Below are positions 36,769-49,400 of a stretch of DNA of 64,000 nucleotides, one piece after another; the stretch's first letter is position 1, and each line of letters starts with the position of its first letter. The translations under genes were made by a program, and so were the position numbers. The DNA comes from Octopus sinensis (lineage: Eukaryota): positions 8,917 to 72,916 of the forward strand of contig NW_021835463.1 in assembly GCF_006345805.1 (NCBI RefSeq), written 5' to 3'. Below the pieces are notes generated by a model. The model was not told the origin of the DNA. It saw only the letters and a list, made by a program, of their open reading frames with translations, and searched no databases.

Positions 36769-38268
36769 CCTCGTTCACACATCATGCGTCCATGGAAACA
36801 AGCCTCGTTCACACATCATGCGTCCATACAAACAAGCCTCGTTCACTCGTCATGCGTCCACACAAACAAGCCTCGGTTACCCATCATGCGTCCATACAAA
36901 CAAGCCTCGTTCACACATCATGCGTCCATACATACACGCCTCGTTCACACATCATGCGTCCACACAAACAAGCCTCGTTCACCCGTCATGCGTCCATACA
37001 AACAAGCCTCGTTCACCCGTCATGCGTCTATACAAACAAGCCTCGTTCACCCGTCATGCGTCCATACAAACAAACCTCGTTCACCCGTCATGCGTCCATA
37101 CAAACAAGCCTCGTTCACCCGTCATGCGTCCATACAAACAAGCCTCGTTCACCCGTCATGCGTCCATACAAACAAGCCTCGTTCACCTCGTCATGCGTCC
37201 ATACAAACAAGCCTCGTTCACCCGTCATGCGTCCATACAAACAAGCCTCGTTCACCCGTCATGCGTCCATACAAACAATCCTCGTTCACCCGTCATGCGT
37301 CCATACAAACAATCCTCGTTCACCCGTCATGCGTCCATACAAACAAGTCTCGTTCACCCGTCATGCGTCCATACAAACAAGCCTCGTTCACACGTCATGC
37401 GTCTATACAAACGAGCCTCGTTCACACATGCGTCCATACAAACAAGCCTCGTTAACACATGCGTCCATACAAACAAGCCTCGTTCACCCGTCATGCGTCC
37501 ATACAAACAAGCCTCGTTCACCCGTCATGCGTCCATACAAACAAGCCTCGTTCACCCGTCATGCGTCCATACAAACAAGCCTTGTTCACCCGTCATGCGT
37601 CCATTCAAACAAGCCTCGTTCACACGTCATGCGTCCATACAAACAAGCCTCGTTTACACGTCATGCGTCCATACAAAAAAGCCTCGTTCACACATCATGC
37701 TTCCATACAAAAAAGCCTCGTTCACACATCATGCTTCCATACAAACAAGCCTCGTTCACACATCATGCGTCTATACAAACAAGCCTCGTTCACCCGTCAT
37801 GCGTCTATACAAACAAGCCTCGTTCACCCGTCATGCGTCTATACAAACAAGCCTCGTTCACACATGCGTCTATACAAACAAGCCTCGTTCACCCGTCATG
37901 CGTCCATACAAACAATCCTCGTTCACCCGTCATGCGTCCATAGAAACAATCCTCGTTCACCCGTAATGCGTCCATACAAACAAGCCTCGTTCACCCGTCA
38001 TGTGTCTATACAAACAAGCTCGTTCACATGCGTCAATACAAACAGCCTCGTTCACACATCATGCGTCCATACAAACAAGCCTCGTTTCACACATCATTCG
38101 TCCATACAAATATCTTCGTTCACATCATGCGTCCATACAAACAAGCCTCGTTCACATCATTCGTCCATACAAACAAGCTTCGTTCACACATCATTCGTCC
38201 ATACAAACAAGCTTCGTTCACAAATCATGCGTTCATACACAAGCTCGTTCACACATGCGTCCATACAT
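36768..38268. repeat. 34-bp minisatellite, about 44 copies
   Basis: Consensus GCCTCGTTCACCCGTCATGCGTCCATACAAACAA; period confirmed (GCC at 37108 and 37142). Copies degrade with small deletions after ~38000. Confidence 0.96.
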
Positions 38269-38280
38269 AGATTTTATACA

Positions 38281-38413
38281 TTCAGGGGCTTTTATTCAGG
38301 GACAGGTAATCAGGGGCAGTAATCATGGGATGGTAATTCAGGGGCAGGTACTTAAGGGGATGTAATTGAGGAGCGTACTTCAGGGGCATGTAATCACATG
38401 TAATTCAGGGTTA
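38281..38413 (+). repeat. Short degenerate patch of the 15-bp satellite
   Basis: ttcaggggct...gacaggtaatcaggggcag...ggtaattcaggggcaggtac...caggggcatgtaat; same monomer as 43456-58348. Confidence 0.85.
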
Positions 38414-38639
38414 GTGCGTGTTGTAAATATTTTTCATTCTATTTGTGTGTGTTGTTTGTTGTGCATGTGTAGTATGTAACTGTTCATTTCTGTGTTTCAC
38501 CGCGTGTTTGAGTGTGATTGTATCTGTATTTTATTTGTGTGTTGTGTTGTGTATATGTACAGTGTCATGTGTGTCTGAGTAGTTTTATTCGTTTGTTTCG
38601 ATCTATATACATAGTCATATATATTTACCTATATCACAA

Positions 38640-39736
38640 TAATCTTCGTTCTAATATTAATAAGATTGAGAAATAGATCTAATTAATAGTATATCTATTC
38701 TACACCAAGTGGCCTAGTGCTCCGAGACCTGGATTATATAATATTTATAATATATTTAATTATTTTTACCACATAAATAAAGAGAGTGGTCATATATGGC
38801 TCACTTAGCACCAGTTAATCCAAAAGTTTCAACACAAATACAGGTTCCATGAAAGTCGGTATTTGTTTTCCGTGAAAATTTGGCGCGCTGTTAGTTGGGG
38901 CATTTGAATTATAACGTCGGATGTAATCAATTGAACCACACGCGTATTTATCGTTATGGTCAAACTGGCGTGTGATTGGTGGATTTCATCCAGATAGTTT
39001 GGCTGAGGGCTACAAGTGGAGTTTTTTGTAAGTATATTACATTTATATTAATAGCGAACAATGTCCCAAATATCTGTATTTTTTTATTTTTTATTTGCCC
39101 TGTCCGTGGAGCTAACACATCGTACCGACTTTCATGGGAAACATGTATTTGTGGTTGAAATTTTGGATTAATGGTGCTAGAGTGAGCCATATAGTGACCA
39201 CTCTCTTATATTTATTTTGTAAAAATATTATAATATATTATAAAATATTTAATCCAGGTTTCTCGGAGCACTAGGCACTTGGTGTAGAATAGATATACTA
39301 TTAAATTAGTATCTAATTCTCTCACCCTTATTAATTAATTATAATTATGCTGCATTTATTTCTAAATGCTGTATTTGTTTTCCGTGAAAATTTGGCGCGC
39401 TGTTAGTTGGGGCATTTGAATTATAACGTCGGATGTATCATTGAACCACACGCGTATTTATCGTTATGGTAAAATCTGGCGTGTGATTGAGTGGATTTTC
39501 ATCAGATATTTTGGCTGAGGAGCTACAAGTGGATTTTTTTGTAAGTAATATTACATTTAATTCATTAATAGCGAAACATTGTCCCAAAATAATCTGTATT
39601 TTTGTTATTTTTTATTTGCCCTGTCCGTGTGAGCTAACAATCGTACCGACTTTCATGGGAAACATGTATTTTTGTGGTTGAAACCTTTTGGATTACTGGT
39701 GCTAGAGTGAGCCATATAGTGACCACTCTCTTATTT

Positions 39737-39740
<4 letters not shown>
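38640..39740. repeat. Foldback plus tandem duplication (A'-B-A-B-A partial)
   Basis: ~38650-38861 is an imperfect reverse complement of ~39123-39335. ~38861-39207 is directly repeated at ~39373-39732. Confidence 0.85.
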
Positions 39741-39768
<28 letters not shown>

Positions 39769-39782
39769 GTTTAGGAGATATG

Positions 39783-39818
<36 letters not shown>

Positions 39819-40619
39819 TGGATGGCCATAATGGGACATCCGACTCACTAGAGAGAGCAGTTAAACTCCAAAAAATCGTAAAAGTGTGTCATATCTGAAT
39901 AATATAATTGAGAGTTACTCCCCTCGCATATTATAATTTAACGAAAGTAATTAAATTACATTTACGGAAAGTAACTCTGGAAGATGTTATCTAGTTATCT
40001 CCCTTCCGAGAGTTAATTTCCTAAAATAATTTTATTATTGTTAAAATATATATTCAAGGGAAGTAACTGTTAGAAGATACTGTGTAGTTATCTCCCTTAA
40101 GTATGTAGTTATCGTAATATACACTTTGTCGCTCTTAGACTCTTTCAGTTAATTCACTGTGACCATGGTGGAGCACCGCCTTTAGTGAAGCAAATCAACC
40201 ACAGGAATTATTATTTGTAAGCCTATTACTTAATGTATAGGTCTCTTTTGCAGAACCGATAAGTTACTGCGTTTTCATTTCTGTGTGTGTTTGTGCGTAT
40301 GTGAGTGTGTGAGAGTTTGGATGTGTAATTGTGTCTTTTTCGTTGCTATATGTGTGTGTGTGTTTTTGCGTGTGTAGGTATGTAACTGTTTTCATTTCAG
40401 TGTTTGTGTGTGTGTGTGAATGATTTTATTTCTGTGTGTAAGTGTGTGTGAGCCTCTTTGTGTTTTTATTCGTTTGTGTGTGTGCGACAATTACAGCTAC
40501 AACAAACACTTTAAGCATCTCTAAGATACCCACATTTGTATATCCCTAATTTCTAAATGAAAAGAAGTTCAATTTATTGCACCTTTAGCGACTTCAGATT
40601 TGCGAGTGTTAAGCACCCC

Positions 40620-40885
40620 GTATATACATACCTTGATCGGCCATAATTGGCCTCATTCGGAGATCTCTCGGGTGTGGAATATTTATGACTATAGAAGTTA
40701 ACTTGTTACAGGTTTTGTTTTTGGCTCAACTTTTGTAGATTTTGGAAGTCCATAGATGTTACTGGCTTTGCAGTCAAATCTAGTCAAGCAATTTGTCTCC
40801 TTGTTTGTTAAACCGTGTTGGAACTGGTGGATAAGAGTAGACAGTTTGGTCATTATCTTCGATTGACTGTAGTTGTTGATGCTTT
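40620..40885 (-). mobile_element. Penelope-like RT N-terminal fragment (copy 1)
   Basis: Manual minus-strand translation: KIMTKLSTLIHQFQHGLTNKETNCLTRFDCKASNIYGLPKIYKS*...PRDLRMRPIMA, matching the YGLPKIHK...RPI motif of Penelope RTs. Confidence 0.75.
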
Positions 40886-41015
40886 TAACCGATACAGGTG
40901 TGTTTTACTCCCTGTATTTTAGCGGTTCGGCAAAAGAGAACAAGTTAGAATAAATACTAGGCTTACAAAGAATATGTGCTGCGGACGATGTGCTCGATTA
41001 AAGGCGGCGCTCCAG

Positions 41016-41049
<34 letters not shown>

Positions 41050-43212
41050 CACATACAGATATACGTATATATACCCACACACGCATATATATATAATCTA
41101 AAACAAAAATGAAACTTGATTATGTCCGAAGAGTAGTACTAGATAACATTATTACTTTATATATTTGTGGGGTGTAGTGAAATGTAAATGATTAGCTGGT
41201 CAATATTTATTTGACGTGTGGGTGTTTGTGCGTGTGTGAGGACAGTCCACCCATACCCAAGATTGTTGCGTTGTCTTATGGGACCAGCCGCGAAAGTTCC
41301 AGACCCCATTAATGAACTCATTTGCATATCAACAATTAGGGCTCACATTGAAGTTGTCCGGTTAACAACAGTAGTGTCTGAATGGGAATTAGCTTGCTTA
41401 CCTAACAATTACTTCCGAGTTCAGTCCCACTGAGTGGCACGTTAGGCAAATGTCTTCTACTAGCATATAGGCTCGAGGCGATAACTGTCTCGAGTCTATA
41501 TGATATTACTTTTCCAAATCCACCACTCTCGCGTGGTTTTCTCAGCAGTAAATATAAACTAGATAGATATTTATATATATGTTTCTGTGTCCCCAAAACC
41601 GCTTGACAACTGATGCTGGTCTTTTTACACCCCAGTAACTTCGGGAAAAGACGACCATAAATAATATTCTAGGCTGTCATAGAGTAAGTCCTAGTGTCGA
41701 TTTGCTCTAGAAAAGCGTTAAAGGGTGTGTGTCACGTCTGAATTATATATTCTAGAGCTATTTCTCTCGCATATTATAATTTAATAAAAGTAAAATAATT
41801 ATATGTAAGGAAAGTAACTCTGGAAGATGTTATCTAGTTATCTCCCTTCCGAGAGTTAATATCCTAAAATATTTTATTATTGTTAAAATATAATATTCAA
41901 GGGAAGTAACTGTAGAAGATACTCTGTAGTTATCTCCCTTAAGTATGTAGTTATCTCCCTTAAGTATGTAGTTATCGTAATATACACTTTGTCGCTCTTA
42001 TACTCTTTCAGTTATTTCACTGTGACCATGGTGGAGCACCGCCTTTAGTCAAGCAAATCAACCCCAGCAATTATTCTTTGTATGCCTATTACTTAATGTA
42101 TAGGTCTCTTTTGCAGAACCGATAAGTTACGGGGACGTAATGTTCGATGTACTGATTTAGTAGGTATTTATTTATTGTAAGAACTTCAATTATCATAAAT
42201 TATGGGCTAGGAAAAATACTAGAAACTTTTTTGATAGACCTATTGGGGCTCCTTGTGTGTGAGGGAGTGTGTTTATTTATGTGAATGTGGGTATTTTCAT
42301 TTCAGTGTTTGTGTGTGTGAGAGATAGTTTTTATTTCTGTGTGCGCGAGTGTGTGAGCGACTGAGTGTTTCTATTTGTTTGTGTGTGTGCGACATTTACA
42401 AAATACAACAAGCACTTTGACCATTTCTAAGATACCCACATTTGAGATCACTAACCACTAAATCAAAATAAGTTCAATTTATTGCACCTTTAGTGACTTG
42501 AGATGTTGCTCATATTTTTCCCATGTGTCGACAATGTATTAATTTCACAAGTGGATAAAAGAAATTCTCATACTGGCGTGGAGGGGGCTGATATTCTAAC
42601 TGCGAGTGGAAAGCACCCAATGCCCCTTTACATTCTGAATAAATTGTATGTTTGTGCTAGTTAGGGTTAGGGTTTATGTGTGAGTGTGTAACTGTGTTTT
42701 CATTTCTGTGTGTGGTGCTTATGTTTGTGTGTATGTGTGTTTGTGCGTATGTTAATGTGTTAGAGTTGGATGTGTTACCGTATTTTCCATTTGTATTTGT
42801 GTGTCTGTGTTTGTGCATGTGTAGGTATGTAACTTTTCATTTCTGTGTTTGTCCGCGTGTTTGAGTGTGTGAATATGTATCTGTATTTTTATTTTTTGTG
42901 CGTATGTGAGTGTTTTTGTGAGAATTTTTTTTTCAGTGTTTGTGTGCGTGGGACTTTTTATATGTGTGTGTGTTGCTATTTTCATTTCAGTGTCTGTGTT
43001 TGTGTGAATGTTTTTATTTTTGTGTGTACGTGTGTGTGAGCGACTGTGTTTTTATTCGTTTGTTTGTGCGACGATTACAGCTACAGCAGACACTTTAAGC
43101 ATCTCCAAGATACCCACATTTGCAGATCCCTAAGTTCTAAATGAAAAGAAGTTCAATTTATTGCACCTTTAGCGACTTCAGATTTGCGAGTGTTAAGCAC
43201 CCAATGCCTCCC

Positions 43213-43455
43213 GTATCTACATACCTGGATTGGCCATAATTGGCCTCATTCGGATATCTCTCGGGTGTGGAATATTTATAACTATAGAAGTTAACTTGTT
43301 ACAGGTTTTGTTTATGGCTTACCTTTTGTAGATTTTGGGAAGTTCATAGATGTTACTGGCTTTGCAGTGAAATCTAGTCAAGCAATTTGTCTCCTTTTTT
43401 GTTAAATCGTGTTGGAACTGGTGGATAAAAGTAGACAGTTTGGTCATTACCTTGC
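43213..43455 (-). mobile_element. Penelope-like RT fragment (copy 2), joined directly to the 15-bp satellite
   Basis: ORF 43319-43528 reads from the satellite into MTKLSTFIHQFQHDLTKKETNCLTRFHCKASNIYELPKIYKR; paralogous to 40620-40885. Confidence 0.75.
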
Positions 43456-46400
43456 AATTCAGGGGCACGTAATTCAGATGCATGTAATTTAGGGGCAGGT
43501 ACTTCAGGTGAAGGTAATTTAGGGGCATTTAATTCATGGGCAGGTAATTGAGGGGCATGTAATTTAGGGCCAGGTAGTTCAGGTGCAGGTTATTCAGGGA
43601 CTCAGGGGTAGATACTTCAGGGGCATGTAATTCTGGGGCAGGTAATTCAGGGGCATGTAATTCAGTTGCATGTAATTCATGGGCAGGTAATTCAGGGGTA
43701 TGTAATTCAGGAGCATGTTATTCAGGGGCATGTCATTCAGGGAAGGTAATTCAGGTGCAGGTAATTCAGGGTTAGGTAATTCAGCGGCATGTAATTGAGG
43801 TGCAGGTAATTCAGGGGTAGGTAATTCAGGGCCATGTAATTCGTGGGTGGGTAATTCAGAGGAATGTAATTCAGGGGCATGTAATTCAGGGGAAGGTTCC
43901 AGGGGCAGGTAATTCAGGGGTAATTCAGGGGCAGGTAATCCAGGGGCATGTAATTCAGATACAAGGTAATTCAGGGCATGTCATTCACGGGCAGGTAATT
44001 CAGGGGCTGGTAATTTAGGGATAGATAATTCAGAGGCATGTCATTCAGGGGCAGGTCATTCAGGGTCATGTAATTTAGGGGCAGGTAGTTCATGGCCATT
44101 TAATTCATGGGCAGGTAATTGGGGGGCAGGTAATTCATGGGCAGGTAATTGAGGGGCATGTCATTCAGGGGCAGGTAATTTAGGGGCAGGTAATTCAGGT
44201 GTATGTAATTCAGGTGCAGGTTATTCAGGGACTCAGGGTTAGATAATTCAGGGGCATGTAATTCAGGTGTATGTAATTCAGGGGCATGTAAATCAGTTGC
44301 ATGTAATTCAGGGGCATGTAATTCAGGTGTATGTTATTCAGGGGCAGGTTATTCAGGTATAGGTTATTCAGGGGCAGGTAATCCAGGGGTAACTAATTAA
44401 GGGGCAGGTCATTCAGGGGCATGTAATTTAGGGGCAGGTAATTCACGGGCAGGTAATTCACGGGCATGTAATTCAGGTGTATGTAATTTATGGGAAGGTT
44501 ATTCAGGGGTATGTAATTCAGGGGCATGTCATTGAGGGGCAGGTAATTCATGTGCGGGTAATTGAGGGGAAGGTAATCCAGGTGCAGGTGATTTAGAGTA
44601 ATGTCATTCATTGGCAGGTAATTCAGGGGCAGGTAATACAGAGCAATGTAATTTAGGGGAAGGTAATCCAGGGGGAGGTAATTTATAGGAATGTCATTCA
44701 TGGGCAGGTAATTCAGGGGCATGTAATTGAGGTGCAGGTAATTGAGGGGCTCGTAATCCAGGTGTATGTAATTCAGGGGCATGTAATTCGTGGGTGGGTA
44801 ATTCAGAGGAATGTAATCCAGGGGCAGGTAATTCAGGCGTAATTCAGGGACAGGTAATTTAGAGGAATGTCATTCATGGGCAGGTAATCCAGGGGCATGT
44901 AATTCAGGGGCAGGTAATCGAGGTGCATGTCATTCACGGGCAGGTAATTTAGGGATAGATAATTCAGAGGCATGAAATTCAGGGGCAGGTCATTCAGGTG
45001 CATGTAATTAAGAGGCAGGTAATTCAGGTGCTTGTAATTCAAGGGCACGTAATTCAGATGCATGTAATTTAGGGGCAGGTACTTCAGGGGAAGGTAATTT
45101 AGGGGCATTTAATTCATGGGCAGGTAATTCACGGGCAGGTAATTCAGGGGCATGTAATTCTGGGGCATTTAATTCAGGTGCATGTAATTCATGGGCATGT
45201 AATTCAGGGGCAGGTAATTCAGGGTTAGGTAATTCAGCGGCATGTAATTGAGGTGCAGGTAATTGAGGGGCATGTAATTCAGGTGTCTGTAATTCAGGTG
45301 TATGTAATTCAGGGGTAGGTAATTCAGGCGCATATAATTCAGTGGCATGTAATTCGTGGGTGGGTAATTCAGAGGAATGTAATTCAGGGGCATGTAATTC
45401 AGGGGAAGGTAATCCAGGGGCAGGTAATTCAGGGGTTATTCAGGGCCAGGTAACTTAGAGGAATGTCATTCATCTGCAGGTAATTTAGGGGCAGGTAATC
45501 CAGGGGCATGTAATTCAGATGAAAGGTAATTCAGGGGCATGTCATTCACGGGCAGGTAATTCAGGGGCTGGTAATTTAGGGATAGATAATTCAGAGGCAT
45601 GTCATTCAGGGGCAGGTCATTCAGGGTCATGTAATTTAGGGGCAGGTACTTCAGGGGCATTTAATTCATGGGCAGGTAATTCATGGGCAGGTAATTGAGG
45701 GGCAGGTAATTCAGGTGTATGTAATTCAGGTGCAGGTTATTCAGGGACTCAGGGGTAGATAATTCAGGGGTGTAATTCAGGTGTATGTAATTCAGGGGCA
45801 TGTAAATCAGTTGCATGTAATTCAGGGGCATGTAATTCAGGTGCATGTAATTCATGGGCAGGTAATTCAGGGGTATGCAATTCAGGGGCATGTCATTCAG
45901 GGAAGGTAATTCAGGGGCATGTAATTCAGGTGTATGTAATTCAGGGGCATGTCATTCACGGGTGGGTAATTTAGGGATAGGTAATTCAGGGGCACATCAT
46001 TCAGAGTCAGATCATTCATGTGCATGTAATTAAGAGTCATGTAATTTAGGGGCAGGTAATTCAGGGGTAATTCAGGGACAGGTAATTTAGAGGAATGTCA
46101 TTCATGGGCAGGTAATTCAGGGGCTTGTAATTCTGGGTTAGGTAATCCAGGGGCATGTAATTCAGGGGCAGGTAATCTAGGTGCAGGTAATTCAGGGTTA
46201 TGTCAATCACGGGCAGGTAATTTAGGGATAGATAATTCAGGGGCAGGTCATTTAGGTGCATGTAATTGAGGGGCAGGTAATTGAAGGCCATGTAATTCAG
46301 GGGCAGTTAAATCAGGGGCATGTAATTCTGGGGAAGTTAATTCAGGTGTATGTTATTCAGGGGCAGGTTATTCAGGGGCAGTTAATCCAGGGGTATATCA

Positions 46401-49400
46401 TTCACTGGCAGGTAATTCCGGGCAGGTAATTTAGGGATAGATAATTCGGGCATATCATTCAGGGTCAGATCATTCATGTGCATGTAATTAAGAGGCATGT
46501 AATTGAGGGGCAGGTAATTCAGGTGTTTGTAATTCAGGGGCAGGTAATTCAGATGCATGTAATTTAGAGGCAGGTAATTCAGGGGTATGTAATTCAGGGG
46601 CAGGTAATTCAGGGGCAGGTAATTCAGAGGCAGGTAATTTAGAGGTATGTCATTCATTGGCAGATAATTCAGGGACATGTAATTAAGGGGCATGTATTTT
46701 AGGGGCAGGTAATTCACGGGCATGTAATTCAGGTGTATGTATTTTAGGGGCAGGTAATTCACGGGCATGTAATTCATGGGTAGGTAATTGAGGGGCAGGT
46801 AATTCACGGGCATGTAATTCAGGGACTCAGGGGCAGATAATTCAGGGGCATGTAATTCAGGAGCTGATAATTCAGGTGTATGTAATTCAGGGGCATTTAA
46901 TTCAGGTGCACTTCATTCAGGGGCAGGTAATTCAGGGGCATGTAATTCATGGGCGGGTAATTGAGGGGAAGGTAATCCAGGGGCAGGTGATTTAGAGGAA
47001 TGTCATTCATTGGCAGGTAATTCAGGGGCAGGTAATTCAGAGGAAGGTAATTCAGGGGTAATTTAAGGACAGGTAATTTATAGGAATGTCATTCATGGGC
47101 AGGTAATTCAGGAGCTTGTAATTCAGGGGCAGGTAATTCAGGGGCATGTAATTCAGATGAAATGTAATTCAGGGGCAGGTATCTAGGTGCAGGTATTTCA
47201 GGGGTATGTCATTCACGGGCAGGTAATCTAGGTGGAGGTATTTCAGGGGTATGTCATTCACGGGCAGGTAATTCAGGGGCAGATAATTTAGGGATAGATA
47301 ATTCAGAGATATGTCATTCAGGGACAGGTCATTCAGGTGCATGTAATTAAGAGACATGTAATTGAGGGGCAGGTAATTCAGGGTCATGTAATTCAGGTGT
47401 TTTAATTCAGGGGCAGGTAATTCAGATGCATGTAATTTAGTTGCAGGTAATTCAGGGGCCGGTACTTCAGGGTTAAGTAATTAAGGGGCATGTCATTCAG
47501 AGCAAGGTAATTCAGACGCAGGTAATTGAGGGGCATGTAATTCAGGTGCAGGTAATTCAGGGGCATGTAATTAAGGGGCATGTAATTCAGCGGCATGTAA
47601 TTGAGGAGCAGGTAATTGAGGGGAATGTAATTCAGGGGAAGGTAATTCAGGGGCATGTAATTCAAGGGCATGTAATTCGTGGGTGGGTAATTCAGAGCAA
47701 TGTATTTCAGGGGCATGTAATTCAGGTGCAGGTAATTCAGGTGCATGTAACTCAGGGGCAATAATTGAGGTGCAGATAATTGAGGGCAGATAATTGAGGG
47801 GCATGTAATTTAGGTGTATGTAATTCAGGGGTAGGTTATTCAGGGGCATGTAATTTAGGGGCATGTAATTCGTGGGTGGGTAATTCAGAGCAATATATTT
47901 CAGGGGAAGGTAATCCAGGGGCAGGTAATTCAGGGGTAATTCAGGGACAGGTAATTCAGAGGAATGTCATTCATGGGCAGGTAATTTAGGGGCAGGTAAT
48001 CGAGGGGCATGTAATTCAGGGGCATGTAATTCAGATGAAAGGTGATTCAGGGGCATGTAATTCAGGGCAGGTAATCTAGGTGCAGGTAATTCAGAGGCAT
48101 GTCATTCACGGGTAGGTAATTCAGGGGCCGGTAATTTAGGGATAGATAATTCAGAGGCATGTCATTCAGGGCAGGTCATTGAGGTGCATGTAAATAAGAG
48201 GCAGGTAATTCAGAGCCATGTATTTCAGGTGTTTGTAATTCAGGGGCAGGTAATTCAGATGCATGTAATTTAGGGGCAGGTACTTCAGGGGTATGTAATT
48301 CAGGGGCAGGTAATTGAGGGGAAGTTAATTCAGGTGTATGTTATTCAGGGGCAGGTAATTCATGGCCAGGTAATTCAGGGGCATGTAATTTTGGGGCAGG
48401 AAATTCACGGGCAGGTAATTCACGGGCATGTAATTCAGGGGCAGGTAATTCAGGTGCAGGTTATTCAGGGACTCAGGGGTAGATAATTCAGGGGCATGTA
48501 ATTCAGGGTCAGGTAATTCAGGTGTATGTAATTCAGGGGCAGGTAATTCAGGGGCAGGTTAATCCGGGGCATGTAATTTGGGGGCAAGTAATTTAGGGGC
48601 AGGTAATTCATGGGCGGGTAATTGATGCGAAGGTAATCCAGGGGCAGGTGATTTAGAGGAATGTCATTCATTGGCAGGTAATTCAGGGGCACTTAATTTA
48701 GAGTGTAATTCAGGGGAAGGTAATCCAGGGGCAGGTAATTCAGGGGTAATTCAGGGAAAGGTAATTTATAGGAATGTCATTCATGGGCAGGTGATTGAGG
48801 GGCATGTCATTCAGGGAAGGTAATTCAGGGGCCCATAATTTAGGGGCAGGTAATTCAAAGGCACGTAATTCAGGTGTATGTAATTCAGGGGCAGGTAATT
48901 CAATTGCAGGTTATTCAGGGACATGTGACTCAGGGGCAGGTAATTCAGGTGTATGTAATTCAGGTGCATGTAATTCATGGGCAGGTAATTCAGGGGCATG
49001 TAATTCAGGGGAAGGTAATTTAGGGGCAGGAACTTCAGGGGCAGATTATTGAGTGTCAGGTTATTCAGGTATAGGTTATTCAGGACAGGTAATCCAGGGG
49101 TATGTAATTAAGGGGCAGGTCATTCAGGGGCACGTAATTCATGGGATAAAATTCAGGGGATGGTAATTCAGGGGGAGGTAATTCAGGGGCACGTAATTCA
49201 GGGGCATGTTATTCAGGTGCAGGTAATTGAGGGGCATTTAATTAAGGGGCATGTAATTCTGGGTTAGGTAATCCAGGGGCATGTAATTCTGGGTTAGGTA
49301 ATCCAGGGGCATGTAATTGAGGGGCATGTAATTCAGGGGTAGGTAATTCAGGGGCATGTAATTAATGGGTGGGTAATTCAGGGGAAGGTAATTCAGGGAC

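Larger units (their letters stand above)
39800..43455. repeat. Further partial copies of the subtelomeric mosaic block
   Basis: GGATGGCCATAATGGGACATCCGACTCACTAGAGAGAGCAG (~39820, also ~29327 and ~60546). 41770-43085 parallels 31650-32915. Confidence 0.85.

Noticed and set aside
36768-38268. CRISPR-like array (34-bp repeat length)
   Set aside because: Units are head-to-tail with no unique spacers, there are no cas genes, and the context is eukaryotic.
36638-38365. Long ORFs (442, 411, 287 aa) in all three + frames
   Set aside because: The 34-bp unit has no stop codon on this strand, so every frame gives the same 34-aa periodic peptide. No non-repetitive domain or splice context supports coding.
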